This document shows positions 7,263 through 17,207 of a stretch of DNA of 40,557 bases, piece by piece. This stretch comes from an uncultured Dehalococcoidales bacterium (GTDB taxonomy: Bacteria > Chloroflexota > Dehalococcoidia > Dehalococcoidales > BS750m-G39), in the NCBI GenBank assembly GCA_964419705.1, contig CAYQPY010000001.1, forward strand, positions 1 to 40,557, given 5' to 3'. A program made the position numbers and the translations under genes. Below the pieces are notes generated by a model. It made no database searches. It saw only the letters and a list, made by a program, of their open reading frames with translations, and was not told the origin of the DNA. Numbering within the stretch: the stretch's first letter is position 1; the number at the start of each line of letters is the position of its first letter.

Positions 7263-7963
7263 TGATAGTAGCTATAGACAGCTCAACCGATATCGCCAGC
7301 CTGGCTCTGGCTAAGGACGGCAAAGTGCTGGCTGAAACAAGCTGGCGCTGCGGGCAGAACCACAGCGTCGAGCTCTTGCCCCGCCTCACCCAGCTGCTGG
7401 ACGAGGCTAAGGTCAACCTTAAAGACACCAGCTGCGTTATCGTGGCTAAGGGCCCCGGCAGCTTTAACGGGCTGCGCGTGGGCTTGAGCACGGCCAAGGG
7501 GCTGGCTTTCAGCCTGTCCGTTCCCATCATCGGCATCAGCAGCCTGGAAACAGAAGCCTACGGCCACGCCGAGACGGGCTTACCCGTTTGCCCCATATTC
7601 AACGCGGGGCGGGGCGAGATTGCCGTTGCCCTCTATCAAAAGAAGGACGACGGCTGGCGTCAGCTTGAGGCAGAACACATCACCACCGCTGATGCTTTGA
7701 GCGCCGAAACCACCGAAAAGACGCTATTCTGCGGGGAATATGTAGCCGCTATCGCACGTCAGCTAAAAGAAAGGCTCAAGGAAAAGGCGGTCATCGCCCC
7801 CGACCGGATGCGCTCGGCCGTCTCACTGATTGAGCTGTCCAAACCGAGAATTGACGCCGGCGACTACGACGACCCCGCCACCCTGCAACCCATCTATCTA
7901 CGGCGGCCCGCCATCACCAAGCCCAAACGCCGCCAGAAATTCACTGACGGAGGCTCGAAATGA
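7262..7963 (+). CDS. tsaB: tRNA t6A37 biosynthesis protein TsaB (YeaZ)
   Basis: Starts MIVAIDSSTDIASLAL... The ATG at 7262 overlaps the tsaE TAA by 1 nt (TAATG). The ORF-track start at 7124 is an out-of-context extension running through tsaE. Confidence 0.8.
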   Translation: MIVAIDSSTDIASLALAKDGKVLAETSWRCGQNHSVELLPRLTQLLDEAKVNLKDTSCVIVAKGPGSFNGLRVGLSTAKGLAFSLSVPIIGISSLETEAYGHAETGLPVCPIFNAGRGEIAVALYQKKDDGWRQLEAEHITTADALSAETTEKTLFCGEYVAAIARQLKERLKEKAVIAPDRMRSAVSLIELSKPRIDAGDYDDPATLQPIYLRRPAITKPKRRQKFTDGGSK

Positions 7964-8406
7964 CGAACTGGCCCCAAACATCGATTAATACGGTAAAAGA
8001 ATCCGACAAGTGCTTCGTCTGCGGGCAGAAAAACCCCATCGGCCTCAAGCTCAAATTCGACTGGGACGGCCAGGAGGTCAAGGCAAAATTCACCCCCGGC
8101 GAATACCACCAGGGCTGGGCGGGCCTGGTGCACGGCGGCATTATCAGCTGCCTCCTCGACGAGGCGATGAGCTACGCCGCCCTGTATAGCGGGGTCAACA
8201 GTCTCACCGCCAAGATGCAGACCCGCTTCAAGCGCCCCCTGCCCATAGACGAGCCGCTCACCGTCACCGGCTCCGTGACCAGGAAGACAAGACGGCTGGT
8301 GGAGACTAAGGCGGAGCTAAAGCTCGCCGACGACACGCTGGTCGCCGAAAGCACGGCCACCATGTACATCTTTATGATAGGAAAGGGGACCAGGGTCGAT
8401 GCCTGA
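7960..8406 (+). CDS. PaaI-type hotdog-fold thioesterase
   Basis: 148 aa. CFVCGQKNPIGLKLKF, then HQGWAGLVHGGIISCLLDEAM, typical of PaaI/4HBT thioesterases. ATGA overlap with tsaB. Confidence 0.75.
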   Translation: MTNWPQTSINTVKESDKCFVCGQKNPIGLKLKFDWDGQEVKAKFTPGEYHQGWAGLVHGGIISCLLDEAMSYAALYSGVNSLTAKMQTRFKRPLPIDEPLTVTGSVTRKTRRLVETKAELKLADDTLVAESTATMYIFMIGKGTRVDA

Positions 8407-9064
8407 AATCGCCGCCGTCATCTGGGATATGGACGGCGTCCTCGCCGACACCGCCCCCCACCACCTCCTCGCCTGGCGGGAAATCTTCGCCAAAAGGGGC
8501 ATTAACTTCACCGAGGCCGACTTCATGCGCGGCTTCGGCGTCAGGAACGACGCCATCATCAAAAACACCCTAGGCGAGCAGATAAGCCCGGAAGAAATAG
8601 AAGCCATCGCCCGGGAAAAAGAAACCACCTTCCGCCGCATCATCGGCAAGGATGTCAAGTCCCTCCCCGGTGCCCTCGAATTGCTTAAAGCCCTCGACGA
8701 ACGCGGCATAAGGATGGCCATCGCCTCCTCGACGACCATCGAAAACATCCGACTCATTATCGGCAGCCTGGGCATAGCCAAATACTTCAAGGCTGTCATC
8801 ACCGGCCACGACGTCACCGAGGGCAAGCCCAGCCCCCAGGTCTTTCTCCTGGCGGCTCAGAGACTGGGCGCCGAGCCCAAAAACTGCATCGTCATCGAGG
8901 ATGCGGTGGCGGGGGTCAAGGCGGCTAAGAGCGCGGGCATGTACTGCGTCGCCGTCAGCAACACCCACCCCAGAGAAAAGCTAGAGGCAGCCGACCTCAT
9001 CGTGGACACGCTTGAGATGGTTACTGTTAATGACTTAAAGAAACTGCTAAAATCCACTGGATAG
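8399..9064 (+). CDS. HAD-IA hydrolase (beta-phosphoglucomutase-like)
   Basis: 221 aa. Motif I VIWDMDGVLADT, motif II ASST, motif III/IV KP...IEDAVAGVKAAKSAGM. 8 nt overlap with the upstream gene. Confidence 0.8.
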   Translation: MPEIAAVIWDMDGVLADTAPHHLLAWREIFAKRGINFTEADFMRGFGVRNDAIIKNTLGEQISPEEIEAIAREKETTFRRIIGKDVKSLPGALELLKALDERGIRMAIASSTTIENIRLIIGSLGIAKYFKAVITGHDVTEGKPSPQVFLLAAQRLGAEPKNCIVIEDAVAGVKAAKSAGMYCVAVSNTHPREKLEAADLIVDTLEMVTVNDLKKLLKSTG

Positions 9065-9073
9065 GAGCTTACC

Positions 9074-9493
9074 ATGGAACGTTCTTTAGTCCTGGTCAAA
9101 CCCGACGCTATGAAAAGAGAACTGGCGGGGGCTATCATCGCCCGCCTGCAAAAGCTGGGCTTAAAGCTGGTGGCCGCCAAAATGCTCCACGCCGATAAGG
9201 CTTTAGCCCGCAAACACTACGCCGTCCACAAGGACAAGCCCTTCTTTAACGACCTGGTCGACTATATCACCTCCGCCCCCATCGTCGCCTGCGTCTTCGA
9301 GGGTAAGAACGCCGTGGCCACCATCAGGAAGGCGATGGGCGCCACCGACCCGGCCCAGGCGGAAAAAGGCACCATACGCGGCGATTACGGCGAAAGCCTG
9401 GAGCGTAACAGCGTTCACGGCTCGGACTCGCCCGATAACGCAGAGGTGGAAATCAAGCTCTTCTTCCCGCCAGAGGAAATATTCGGCTACTGA
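9074..9493 (+). CDS. ndk: Nucleoside-diphosphate kinase
   Basis: 139 aa. MERSLVLVKPDA..., RGDYG, NSVHGSDS (active-site His). AGGAG SD. Confidence 0.92.
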   Translation: MERSLVLVKPDAMKRELAGAIIARLQKLGLKLVAAKMLHADKALARKHYAVHKDKPFFNDLVDYITSAPIVACVFEGKNAVATIRKAMGATDPAQAEKGTIRGDYGESLERNSVHGSDSPDNAEVEIKLFFPPEEIFGY

Positions 9494-9831
9494 ATCCGCA
9501 GCACCGGTTTCGCCTGTTCCCAGAGCTCGTCGAGCTGGTAGTACTCGCGCTCAAAGGGGGCAAAAATGTGGATGATAACATCGCCGAAGTCAAGCAGCAG
9601 CCACCCCGAATCTATCGTCCCCTCGCGGTGGTTGGGCATGATGCCCGCCTGCTTTAGCCGGTGCCCCACCTCGTCGTAGATGGCGTCTAGCTGCCTCTCG
9701 GAATCGCCGCTGCATATCACGAAATAATCGGCGAAGCTGCAAACCTCGCGGGCGTCTAACAAAACGATGTCAATCGCCTGCTTGTCAGCGGCGGCTTCCA
9801 CCGCTTTACGCGCTACTTCTAATGATTCCAG
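9487..9831 (-). CDS. rsfS: Ribosome silencing factor RsfS (IojAP family); start likely a non-canonical CTG
   Basis: C-terminal core DIVLLDA...FADYFVICSGDSERQ...GWLLLDFGDVIIHIF...YYQLDELW. The track ATG (9951) lies inside repeat module E and upstream of a TGCTATAAT promoter. GGAGG (9843-9839) sits 7 nt before the in-frame CTG at 9831. From that CTG, the distance to the conserved DI matches E. coli RsfS as I remember it. Confidence 0.7.
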   Translation of the reverse strand: MESLEVARKAVEAAADKQAIDIVLLDAREVCSFADYFVICSGDSERQLDAIYDEVGHRLKQAGIMPNHREGTIDSGWLLLDFGDVIIHIFAPFEREYYQLDELWEQAKPVLRIQ

Positions 9832-9855
9832 AAACCAGCCTCCATACTCAATAAT

Positions 9856-9864
9856 ATTATAGCA
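9856..9864 (-). promoter_or_regulatory. Extended -10 element TGCTATAAT for rsfS (minus strand)
   Basis: Reverse complement of 9856-9864 is TGCTATAAT. The SD and putative start follow within 35 nt. Confidence 0.45.
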
Positions 9865-9882
9865 TAGATAGCCGATGCTACT

Positions 9883-10140
9883 GTCATTGCGAGAAGCGTA
9901 GCGACGAAGCAATCTCTTCTCAACCCCCCACCCCGAGGTTTCTCTTCCCACCCAAAACCCACCCTATAAGGGTGGTACCCCTTATATATCTCCCTTTGGG
10001 GGTGTTTAAGAGGGGCACAGCCCCTCTTTACCTTAAAAGGGCGGTGGGCGGGAATAGATAATATCAGGGCGGGGCGGAGAACCTCCAAATAAGAAGTATA
10101 TAGAGGTCTAACCTCTATTGGGCGGGCTGGGTGGGATGAA
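9883..10140. repeat. Mosaic GC-hairpin repeat cluster, copy 2 (modules E+, A+, C-, D+)
   Basis: Module E 9883-9916 (gtcattgcgag...cgaagcaatctc). Module A 9957-9990. Module C inverted 10006-10062 (TTAAGAGGGG-cacag-CCCCTCTTTA...gggcggtgggcgggaatagataat). Module D 10100-10135 (ATAGAGGT-cta-ACCTCTAT + tgggcgggctgggtggg). Confidence 0.85.
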
Positions 10141-10159
10141 CAACGCACGTTCAATTCTA

Positions 10160-10168
10160 TGTTATAAT
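10160..10168 (+). promoter_or_regulatory. Extended -10 element TGTTATAAT for the 10194 gene
   Basis: TGTTATAAT at 10160-10168. This places the track ATG at 10170 too close to be translated, and favours ATG 10194 with GAGGT SD at 10182-10186. Confidence 0.45.
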
Positions 10169-10193
10169 TATGTTAACCACTGAGGTAAGCGAA

Positions 10194-11021
10194 ATGGAAG
10201 AACTGCTCTTCGGCACGGGCGGCACCCCCCACACCGCCAAGACCCGGACGGCGATAGACGGCATCAAGCGCATCGCCGAGCTGGGCCTGGGCTGCATGGA
10301 GCTTGAGTTCGTCTACGGCGTCAGGATGGCGGAAAACAGCGCCCGCCTGGTGGCGGAAACCGCCCAAAGCGAAGGCGTCAGGCTCTCGGCTCACGGCCCC
10401 TACTACATCAACCTCAATGCCCACGAGCCGGAAAAGGTAGCCGCCAGCCAGGAAAGAATCATCCAGACCGCCCGCATCGGCGCTTTATGCGGTGCCCAAA
10501 GCATCGTCTTCCACGCCGCCTTCTACCTGGGCGACCCGCCCGAGAAGACATACCAGGCGGTCAGGAAAAACCTGGCCGAGGTTATGAACAAGCTCAAAAA
10601 GGAAGAAAATAATGTCTGGGTCAGGCCCGAGGTCATGGGCAAGAGCAGCCAGTTCGGCGATATCGACGAAATCATTAAACTAGCCAACGAGTTGGACAGG
10701 GTCAGCATCTGCGTGGACTTCGCCCACTGGCACGCCCGTAGCGGGCAGGCCAACTCCTACCCCGAATTCGTCGCCGTGCTGGAGCAGATTAAAAACGGGC
10801 TGGGGGACGAGGCTATAGCCAACATGCATATCCACATCTCCGGCATCGCCTATGGCAAAAAGGGGGAACGCAAACACCTCGACCTCAAGGAGTCCGACCT
10901 GAACTACACCGAACTCCTCCAGGCGCTCAAGGACTATCGGGCCAGGGGGCTGGTAATCTGTGAAAGCCCCAGCCTGGAAGCCGACGCCCTCCTCCTCCAG
11001 GAAACCTACCACAACCTCTAG
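10194..11021 (+). CDS. Xylose-isomerase-like TIM-barrel protein, endonuclease IV (Nfo)-related
   Basis: MEELLFGTGG...; AHGPYYINLNA, IVFHAAFY, ICVDFAHWHA and MHIHISGI resemble the metal-ligand blocks of the Nfo/AP endonuclease 2 family. Confidence 0.6.
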   Translation: MEELLFGTGGTPHTAKTRTAIDGIKRIAELGLGCMELEFVYGVRMAENSARLVAETAQSEGVRLSAHGPYYINLNAHEPEKVAASQERIIQTARIGALCGAQSIVFHAAFYLGDPPEKTYQAVRKNLAEVMNKLKKEENNVWVRPEVMGKSSQFGDIDEIIKLANELDRVSICVDFAHWHARSGQANSYPEFVAVLEQIKNGLGDEAIANMHIHISGIAYGKKGERKHLDLKESDLNYTELLQALKDYRARGLVICESPSLEADALLLQETYHNL

Positions 11022-11104
11022 CCGCCCCATACCAAGCCCGCTTAATAATAGCTTAACATTCAGGGATTATAATAGTTCACGTTAAACACCGAAAAAGCCG
11101 CTTT

Positions 11105-11133
11105 TTCATATCGACGGCTGTTTCTGGTATAAT
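11105..11133 (+). promoter_or_regulatory. Candidate promoter for ftsH (TTCATA-N17 incl. TGG-TATAAT)
   Basis: TGGTATAAT at 11125-11133 and TTCATA at 11105-11110. About 18 nt upstream of the ftsH ATG. Confidence 0.5.
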
Positions 11134-11150
11134 GTAGAGGTATAGGACAA

Positions 11151-13076
<1,926 letters not shown>

Positions 13077-13085
13077 GGAAGAGCC

Positions 13086-13493
13086 GTGATTGAGATTACC
13101 GCCAAGCCCATCTCCCCCGAAGCTGTCGTCAACCGTATCAAGACCTCCGGCAGCGGCTGCGTAGCCGTCTATGTCGGGCTGATTCGCGATAACTCCCGGG
13201 GCAAACCGGTCGCCTCCGTGGAATACACCGACCACAAGGGCACGGCCAAGGCTGCCCTGGAAAAGATAGCCGGCGAAATTCGGCGCCAGTGGCCGGTGGA
13301 GGGTATCGCCATCTGCCACCGCATCGGTAAGCTCGAGGTGGGCGACATCAACTTCCTGGTCGCGATTGCCGCCGCCCATCGCCAGGAGGGTTACGCCGCC
13401 GCCCGGTACGCCGTCGACCGTTTTAAGGAGACCCTCCCCACCCACAAAAAGGAGACATACCGCGACGGCAGCAGCCATATCGAAGGGGATTAA
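13086..13493 (+). CDS. moaE: MoaE-family protein (molybdopterin synthase catalytic subunit-like)
   Basis: 135 aa, GTG start 9 nt after ftsH. GCVAVYVGLIRD, ICHRIGKLEVGDINFLVAIAAAHRQEGYAAARYAVDRFKETLP.HKKE matches the MoaE pattern (PIWKKE-like motif reads PTHKKE here). Confidence 0.7.
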   Translation: MIEITAKPISPEAVVNRIKTSGSGCVAVYVGLIRDNSRGKPVASVEYTDHKGTAKAALEKIAGEIRRQWPVEGIAICHRIGKLEVGDINFLVAIAAAHRQEGYAAARYAVDRFKETLPTHKKETYRDGSSHIEGD

Positions 13494-13508
13494 TTGGAGA
13501 CCAGCCCC

Positions 13509-14486
13509 CTATTTCTTGCGGATTATCACCAAATCGGCTAAATCCATTAGCGCCTGACGGCTGGGATTAGCCGGCAGTTTCTCCAAATCGCGGCAGGCCT
13601 GCACGCAGTAGTCCGAGGCGGCTTCGTAGCACTGCTGCACGATAGACGAACTCTCCACCATTTCTATCGCCCGCTTTATCTTATCCCGCTTAGCCTGCTC
13701 CGGCATATCGGGATTATGGAACAATTCTTCCACCGGATTGTCGTCGGGGTATTGCTCCAGCAGCAGCATGGCGGGCAGCGTCAGCGTCCCCTGCGAGAGG
13801 TCGGAGCCGATGGGCTTGCCCATCTCCTCCTCGGTGCCCACGAAATCAAGGATATCGTCCACAATCTGGAAGGCCACGCCCAGGTTAAAGCCGTAATCCT
13901 GGAGAATCTTTACCGAACCCTCCGGCGCCCGGCTCAATACAGCCCCGGAAACGGTCGCCAGCACAAAGAGCGAGGCGGTCTTGCTGGCGATTCTCTCCAG
14001 GTAGTGGTCGCGGCTCTGCTCCAGATTAAAGGCGTCGTTGGTCTGCACGATTTCCCCGCCGGATATGGTCCGCAGGGTATGGCTGAAGAGCTTTATCACC
14101 CGCAGGTTGCCCGTATCGGCGGCGAACTCGCCTGCCCGGGCGAAGACGTAGTCCCCCAGAAGAACCGCCCGCTCCTCCCCCCACAACTCGTTAACCGTAG
14201 GCCTGCCCCGCCGCACCGGAGACTTATCGATGGCGTCGTCGTGCACCAGGGTGGCCGTGTGCAGCAGCTCGACGGCGGTTGCCATGGGCAACAATCTTTC
14301 CAGGTCGTATTCGTAAAATCGCCCCGTCAGCAAAGTCAGCGCGGGTCTTATGCCCTTGCCCCCATCCAGAATATGGTGCAGCATTTCAGCCAGGTGCGGG
14401 GAATCGACCTCGGTCACCGACTCTATCCGGCTCTTTACCCTGACCAGGTCTTCGGCCACCAGTTGGTAGATTTCTTCCAGCTTCAA
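13509..14486 (-). CDS. Long-chain polyprenyl diphosphate synthase (hepta/octaprenyl type)
   Basis: 325 aa, TTG start with AAGGAG SD. First DDxxD in LVHDDAID, second in QIVDDILD. Confidence 0.85.
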   Translation of the reverse strand: MKLEEIYQLVAEDLVRVKSRIESVTEVDSPHLAEMLHHILDGGKGIRPALTLLTGRFYEYDLERLLPMATAVELLHTATLVHDDAIDKSPVRRGRPTVNELWGEERAVLLGDYVFARAGEFAADTGNLRVIKLFSHTLRTISGGEIVQTNDAFNLEQSRDHYLERIASKTASLFVLATVSGAVLSRAPEGSVKILQDYGFNLGVAFQIVDDILDFVGTEEEMGKPIGSDLSQGTLTLPAMLLLEQYPDDNPVEELFHNPDMPEQAKRDKIKRAIEMVESSSIVQQCYEAASDYCVQACRDLEKLPANPSRQALMDLADLVIIRKK

Positions 14487-14497
14487 CCCCTTCTCCT

Positions 14498-15289
14498 TTA
14501 TCTGATGGGGAGCTTAAACAGGCTTATAGTGTTCTGAGCCGCCGCCTCCGCCACCGTTTCCCTCGGCACCTCCCTCACCTGGGCCACCTTCTCGGCGATA
14601 AGGGCGACGTAGGCAGGCTCGTTGCGCTTCCCCCGGTAGGCCTGCGGCGCCAAAAAAGGCGCGTCCGTCTCCAGAAGTAATCTGTCCAGCGGTATCTCCC
14701 GGGCGACCTGCACCAGCTCTCCCGCCGAGGGGTAGGTCACCGACCCGGCCAGCGAGATGTAAAAGCCGATTTCGATATAGCGCTGCGCCAGTTCGATATC
14801 CCCGCTGAAGCAGTGGATAACCCCCCGCCGCAGCCTCCCCGCCGAAAGCGTCGACCTCACCCACGCGCTAAGTATCTTAAAGACTTCTTTATGGGCCTGG
14901 CGGCAGTGCACCACCACCGGTAATCCCAGTTCCACGGCCAGGTCGAGCTGCTTCTTAAAGGCTTCTTCCTGGCTCCTGCGCGAGGAAAGGTTGCGGTAAA
15001 AATCGAGCCCGATTTCGCCCACCGCCACCACCCTTTCATCTTGAGCAAGCTCGGCCAGGGTTTTAAGGTCTTCGTCTTTCATTTTGGAGGCTTCGTGGGG
15101 GTGAAAACCGACGGTGCTGAAAACGTCGTCGTAGCTTTTGGCCATCTCCAGCGAGGCACGGCTGGAGTTTGCGTCCAGCCCGATGTTGATGATCGCCCTC
15201 ACCCCACCCTGCCGGGCGCGGGCGAACACCTGCTCGCGGTCTCTGTCGAAGGTGTCCAGGTCGATATGGGCGTGCGAATCTATCAGCAT
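14498..15289 (-). CDS. tatD: TatD-family metal-dependent hydrolase
   Basis: 263 aa. MLIDSHAHID, GEIGLDFY, VVHCR, ETDAPFL motifs. Start overlaps the metG stop (TGATG). Confidence 0.88.
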   Translation of the reverse strand: MLIDSHAHIDLDTFDRDREQVFARARQGGVRAIINIGLDANSSRASLEMAKSYDDVFSTVGFHPHEASKMKDEDLKTLAELAQDERVVAVGEIGLDFYRNLSSRRSQEEAFKKQLDLAVELGLPVVVHCRQAHKEVFKILSAWVRSTLSAGRLRRGVIHCFSGDIELAQRYIEIGFYISLAGSVTYPSAGELVQVAREIPLDRLLLETDAPFLAPQAYRGKRNEPAYVALIAEKVAQVREVPRETVAEAAAQNTISLFKLPIR

Positions 15290-16956
15290 CAGTCCTGCCC
15301 CAGTCGCGCCGTCTCCTCATCGATAAGCTTCTCGTCGAGCTTGGTGAACAGGGGCTCAGGCTCGCCCAGCTTTTGCCCCCCGGAAGGCAGACGCAGCTTC
15401 CAGCCGTCGCTTTCGACAGCGCCCTCGAAGCCCATCATCTGATGCAGTTTCTGGGAGCTAAAAGGTAAGAAGGGGTAGAACGCCGTCTTTAGCGCCGCGA
15501 TTACGCCCAAGGCCACGTATAACGATGTGGCGGCGGCCTGCTTATCTTCTTTTATTACCTTCCAGGGCGACTTGTCGTCGAGGTAGCGGTTGGCTTCCTG
15601 CGCCAGCGCCATAGCCGCCATTATGCCCTGCTTAAAGTGACACTGAGAGATAAGCTCGCCGACATTCTGTAGAGTCTCCTCGGCTTTAGCCAGCAGCTTT
15701 TGACTCTGGTCGTCCATCTCACCGGGTTGAGGCACGCATCCCTCGAAATGGCGGTAGCTGAAGGTCAAGACGCGGTGGGCCAGGTTGCCGTAGGTGGCCA
15801 CCAGCTCGTCGTTGTTGCGGCGGAAAAACTCCCGCCAGGAAAAGTCGGTATCGCTGGTCTCGGGCATATTGATGGATAACAGGTAGCGCAGCGGGTCGGG
15901 CGCGTATCGGGATAAATAATCGGGCAGCCAGACCGCCCAGTTATGGCTGGTGGAAAGCCTCTTGCCCTCGATAGTTAAGAACTCGTTGGAGGGCACGTCG
16001 TAGGGCAGATTTAAGCCCCCGTAGCCCATCAGCATCGCCGGCCAGATTATGGTGTGGAAGGGAATATTATCCTTGCCGATGAAGTAATAGCTCTTGGCAT
16101 CCTTGCCCTGCCAGAAGGGACGCCACCCCTCCCCGTCTCCCCCGGATTTGGCCCATTCCTTCGACGCCGATAGGTAGCCGATGACCGCCTCGAACCAGAC
16201 GTAGATGCGCTTATTTTCGTAGCCCTCCAACGGCACGGGCACCCCCCAGGCGATGTCGCGGGTGATGGCGCGGTCTTTAAGCCCGTCCTCGAGGTAGCGG
16301 ACGGTAAAGTTGAGCACGTTCGTCCGCCAGTAGCTCTTGGGCTTCACCCACTCCAGCAGCTTTTCCTGGAAGGCGGAGAGCTTCAGGAAAAAGTGCTCCG
16401 ACTCCTCGAAGCGGGGGGTGGTGCCGCAAAGACGGCAGCGGGGCTCGAGCAACTCGGCGGGGTTCATCGGCTTGCCGCAGCTGTCACACTGGTCGCCGCG
16501 GGCGCCGTCGGCTTTACAAAAAGGGCAGGTACCCTCGATATAGCGGTCAGGCAGGAAGCGCTTACACTGCGGGCAGTAGGGCTGCGAGACCCTGTCCTTG
16601 TAGATATAGCCTTTTTCGAGCAGGGTGAGAAACATATCCTGGACCACCTCGGCGTGGTTTTCCGTGCCCGTGGTGGTGAATAGGTCGAAGGAGATGCCCA
16701 GCTTCTGCCAGGATTCTAAAAACTGGCGGTGATAGCGTCCGGCAATCTCGGCGGGCTTTTCCCCCTCCTGCTCCGCCTTGATAGTGATGGGCGTGCCGTG
16801 CTGGTCCGAGCCCGATACCATCAGTACCTCGTTGCCCACAAGGCGGTGGTAGCGGGCGAAGATGTCGGCGGGCAGGTAGGCTCCGGCAATCTGTCCCAGG
16901 TGCAGCGAGCCGTTGGCGTAGGGCCAGGCGACGGCAACCAGGATTTTTTCAGTCAT
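15289..16956 (-). CDS. metG: Methionine--tRNA ligase
   Basis: 555 aa. PYANGSLHLGQ (HIGH-type), zinc knuckles CPQC...CPFC and CDSC...CRLC, KLSTSH (KMSKS-type). Confidence 0.95.
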   Translation of the reverse strand: MTEKILVAVAWPYANGSLHLGQIAGAYLPADIFARYHRLVGNEVLMVSGSDQHGTPITIKAEQEGEKPAEIAGRYHRQFLESWQKLGISFDLFTTTGTENHAEVVQDMFLTLLEKGYIYKDRVSQPYCPQCKRFLPDRYIEGTCPFCKADGARGDQCDSCGKPMNPAELLEPRCRLCGTTPRFEESEHFFLKLSAFQEKLLEWVKPKSYWRTNVLNFTVRYLEDGLKDRAITRDIAWGVPVPLEGYENKRIYVWFEAVIGYLSASKEWAKSGGDGEGWRPFWQGKDAKSYYFIGKDNIPFHTIIWPAMLMGYGGLNLPYDVPSNEFLTIEGKRLSTSHNWAVWLPDYLSRYAPDPLRYLLSINMPETSDTDFSWREFFRRNNDELVATYGNLAHRVLTFSYRHFEGCVPQPGEMDDQSQKLLAKAEETLQNVGELISQCHFKQGIMAAMALAQEANRYLDDKSPWKVIKEDKQAAATSLYVALGVIAALKTAFYPFLPFSSQKLHQMMGFEGAVESDGWKLRLPSGGQKLGEPEPLFTKLDEKLIDEETARLGQD

Positions 16957-17179
16957 CCTGATGCTCTTGTAAAGACTCGGCCCTCTCCGGGAAAAAGGTC
17001 AAAACCTGTTGCCCCTTTTCCTCGGTATAGCGAGCGTAGCCCTTGCTCAAACAGCAATTGACGCAGATACGCGACGCCTTGCCCTCTTCGTCGATAACCA
17101 TATAGCGCTCGGGATATGGTATCGGGCGCTGGCACTCATCGCACTGGACATCCCCCAAAGACGTACAACCACGGCGCAT
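16949..17179 (-). CDS. Small zinc-ribbon protein (CxxC...CxxCC), unknown function
   Basis: 76 aa from ATG 17179 (GGAGGTGA SD 7 nt upstream; the track TTG at 17185 is too close to the SD). CDEC and CVNCC pairs, acidic C-terminus. 8 nt overlap with the metG start. Confidence 0.6.
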   Translation of the reverse strand: MRRGCTSLGDVQCDECQRPIPYPERYMVIDEEGKASRICVNCCLSKGYARYTEEKGQQVLTFFPERAESLQEHQDD

Positions 17180-17207
17180 TGTCAACTCACCTCCATACCC
17201 GAAAACT

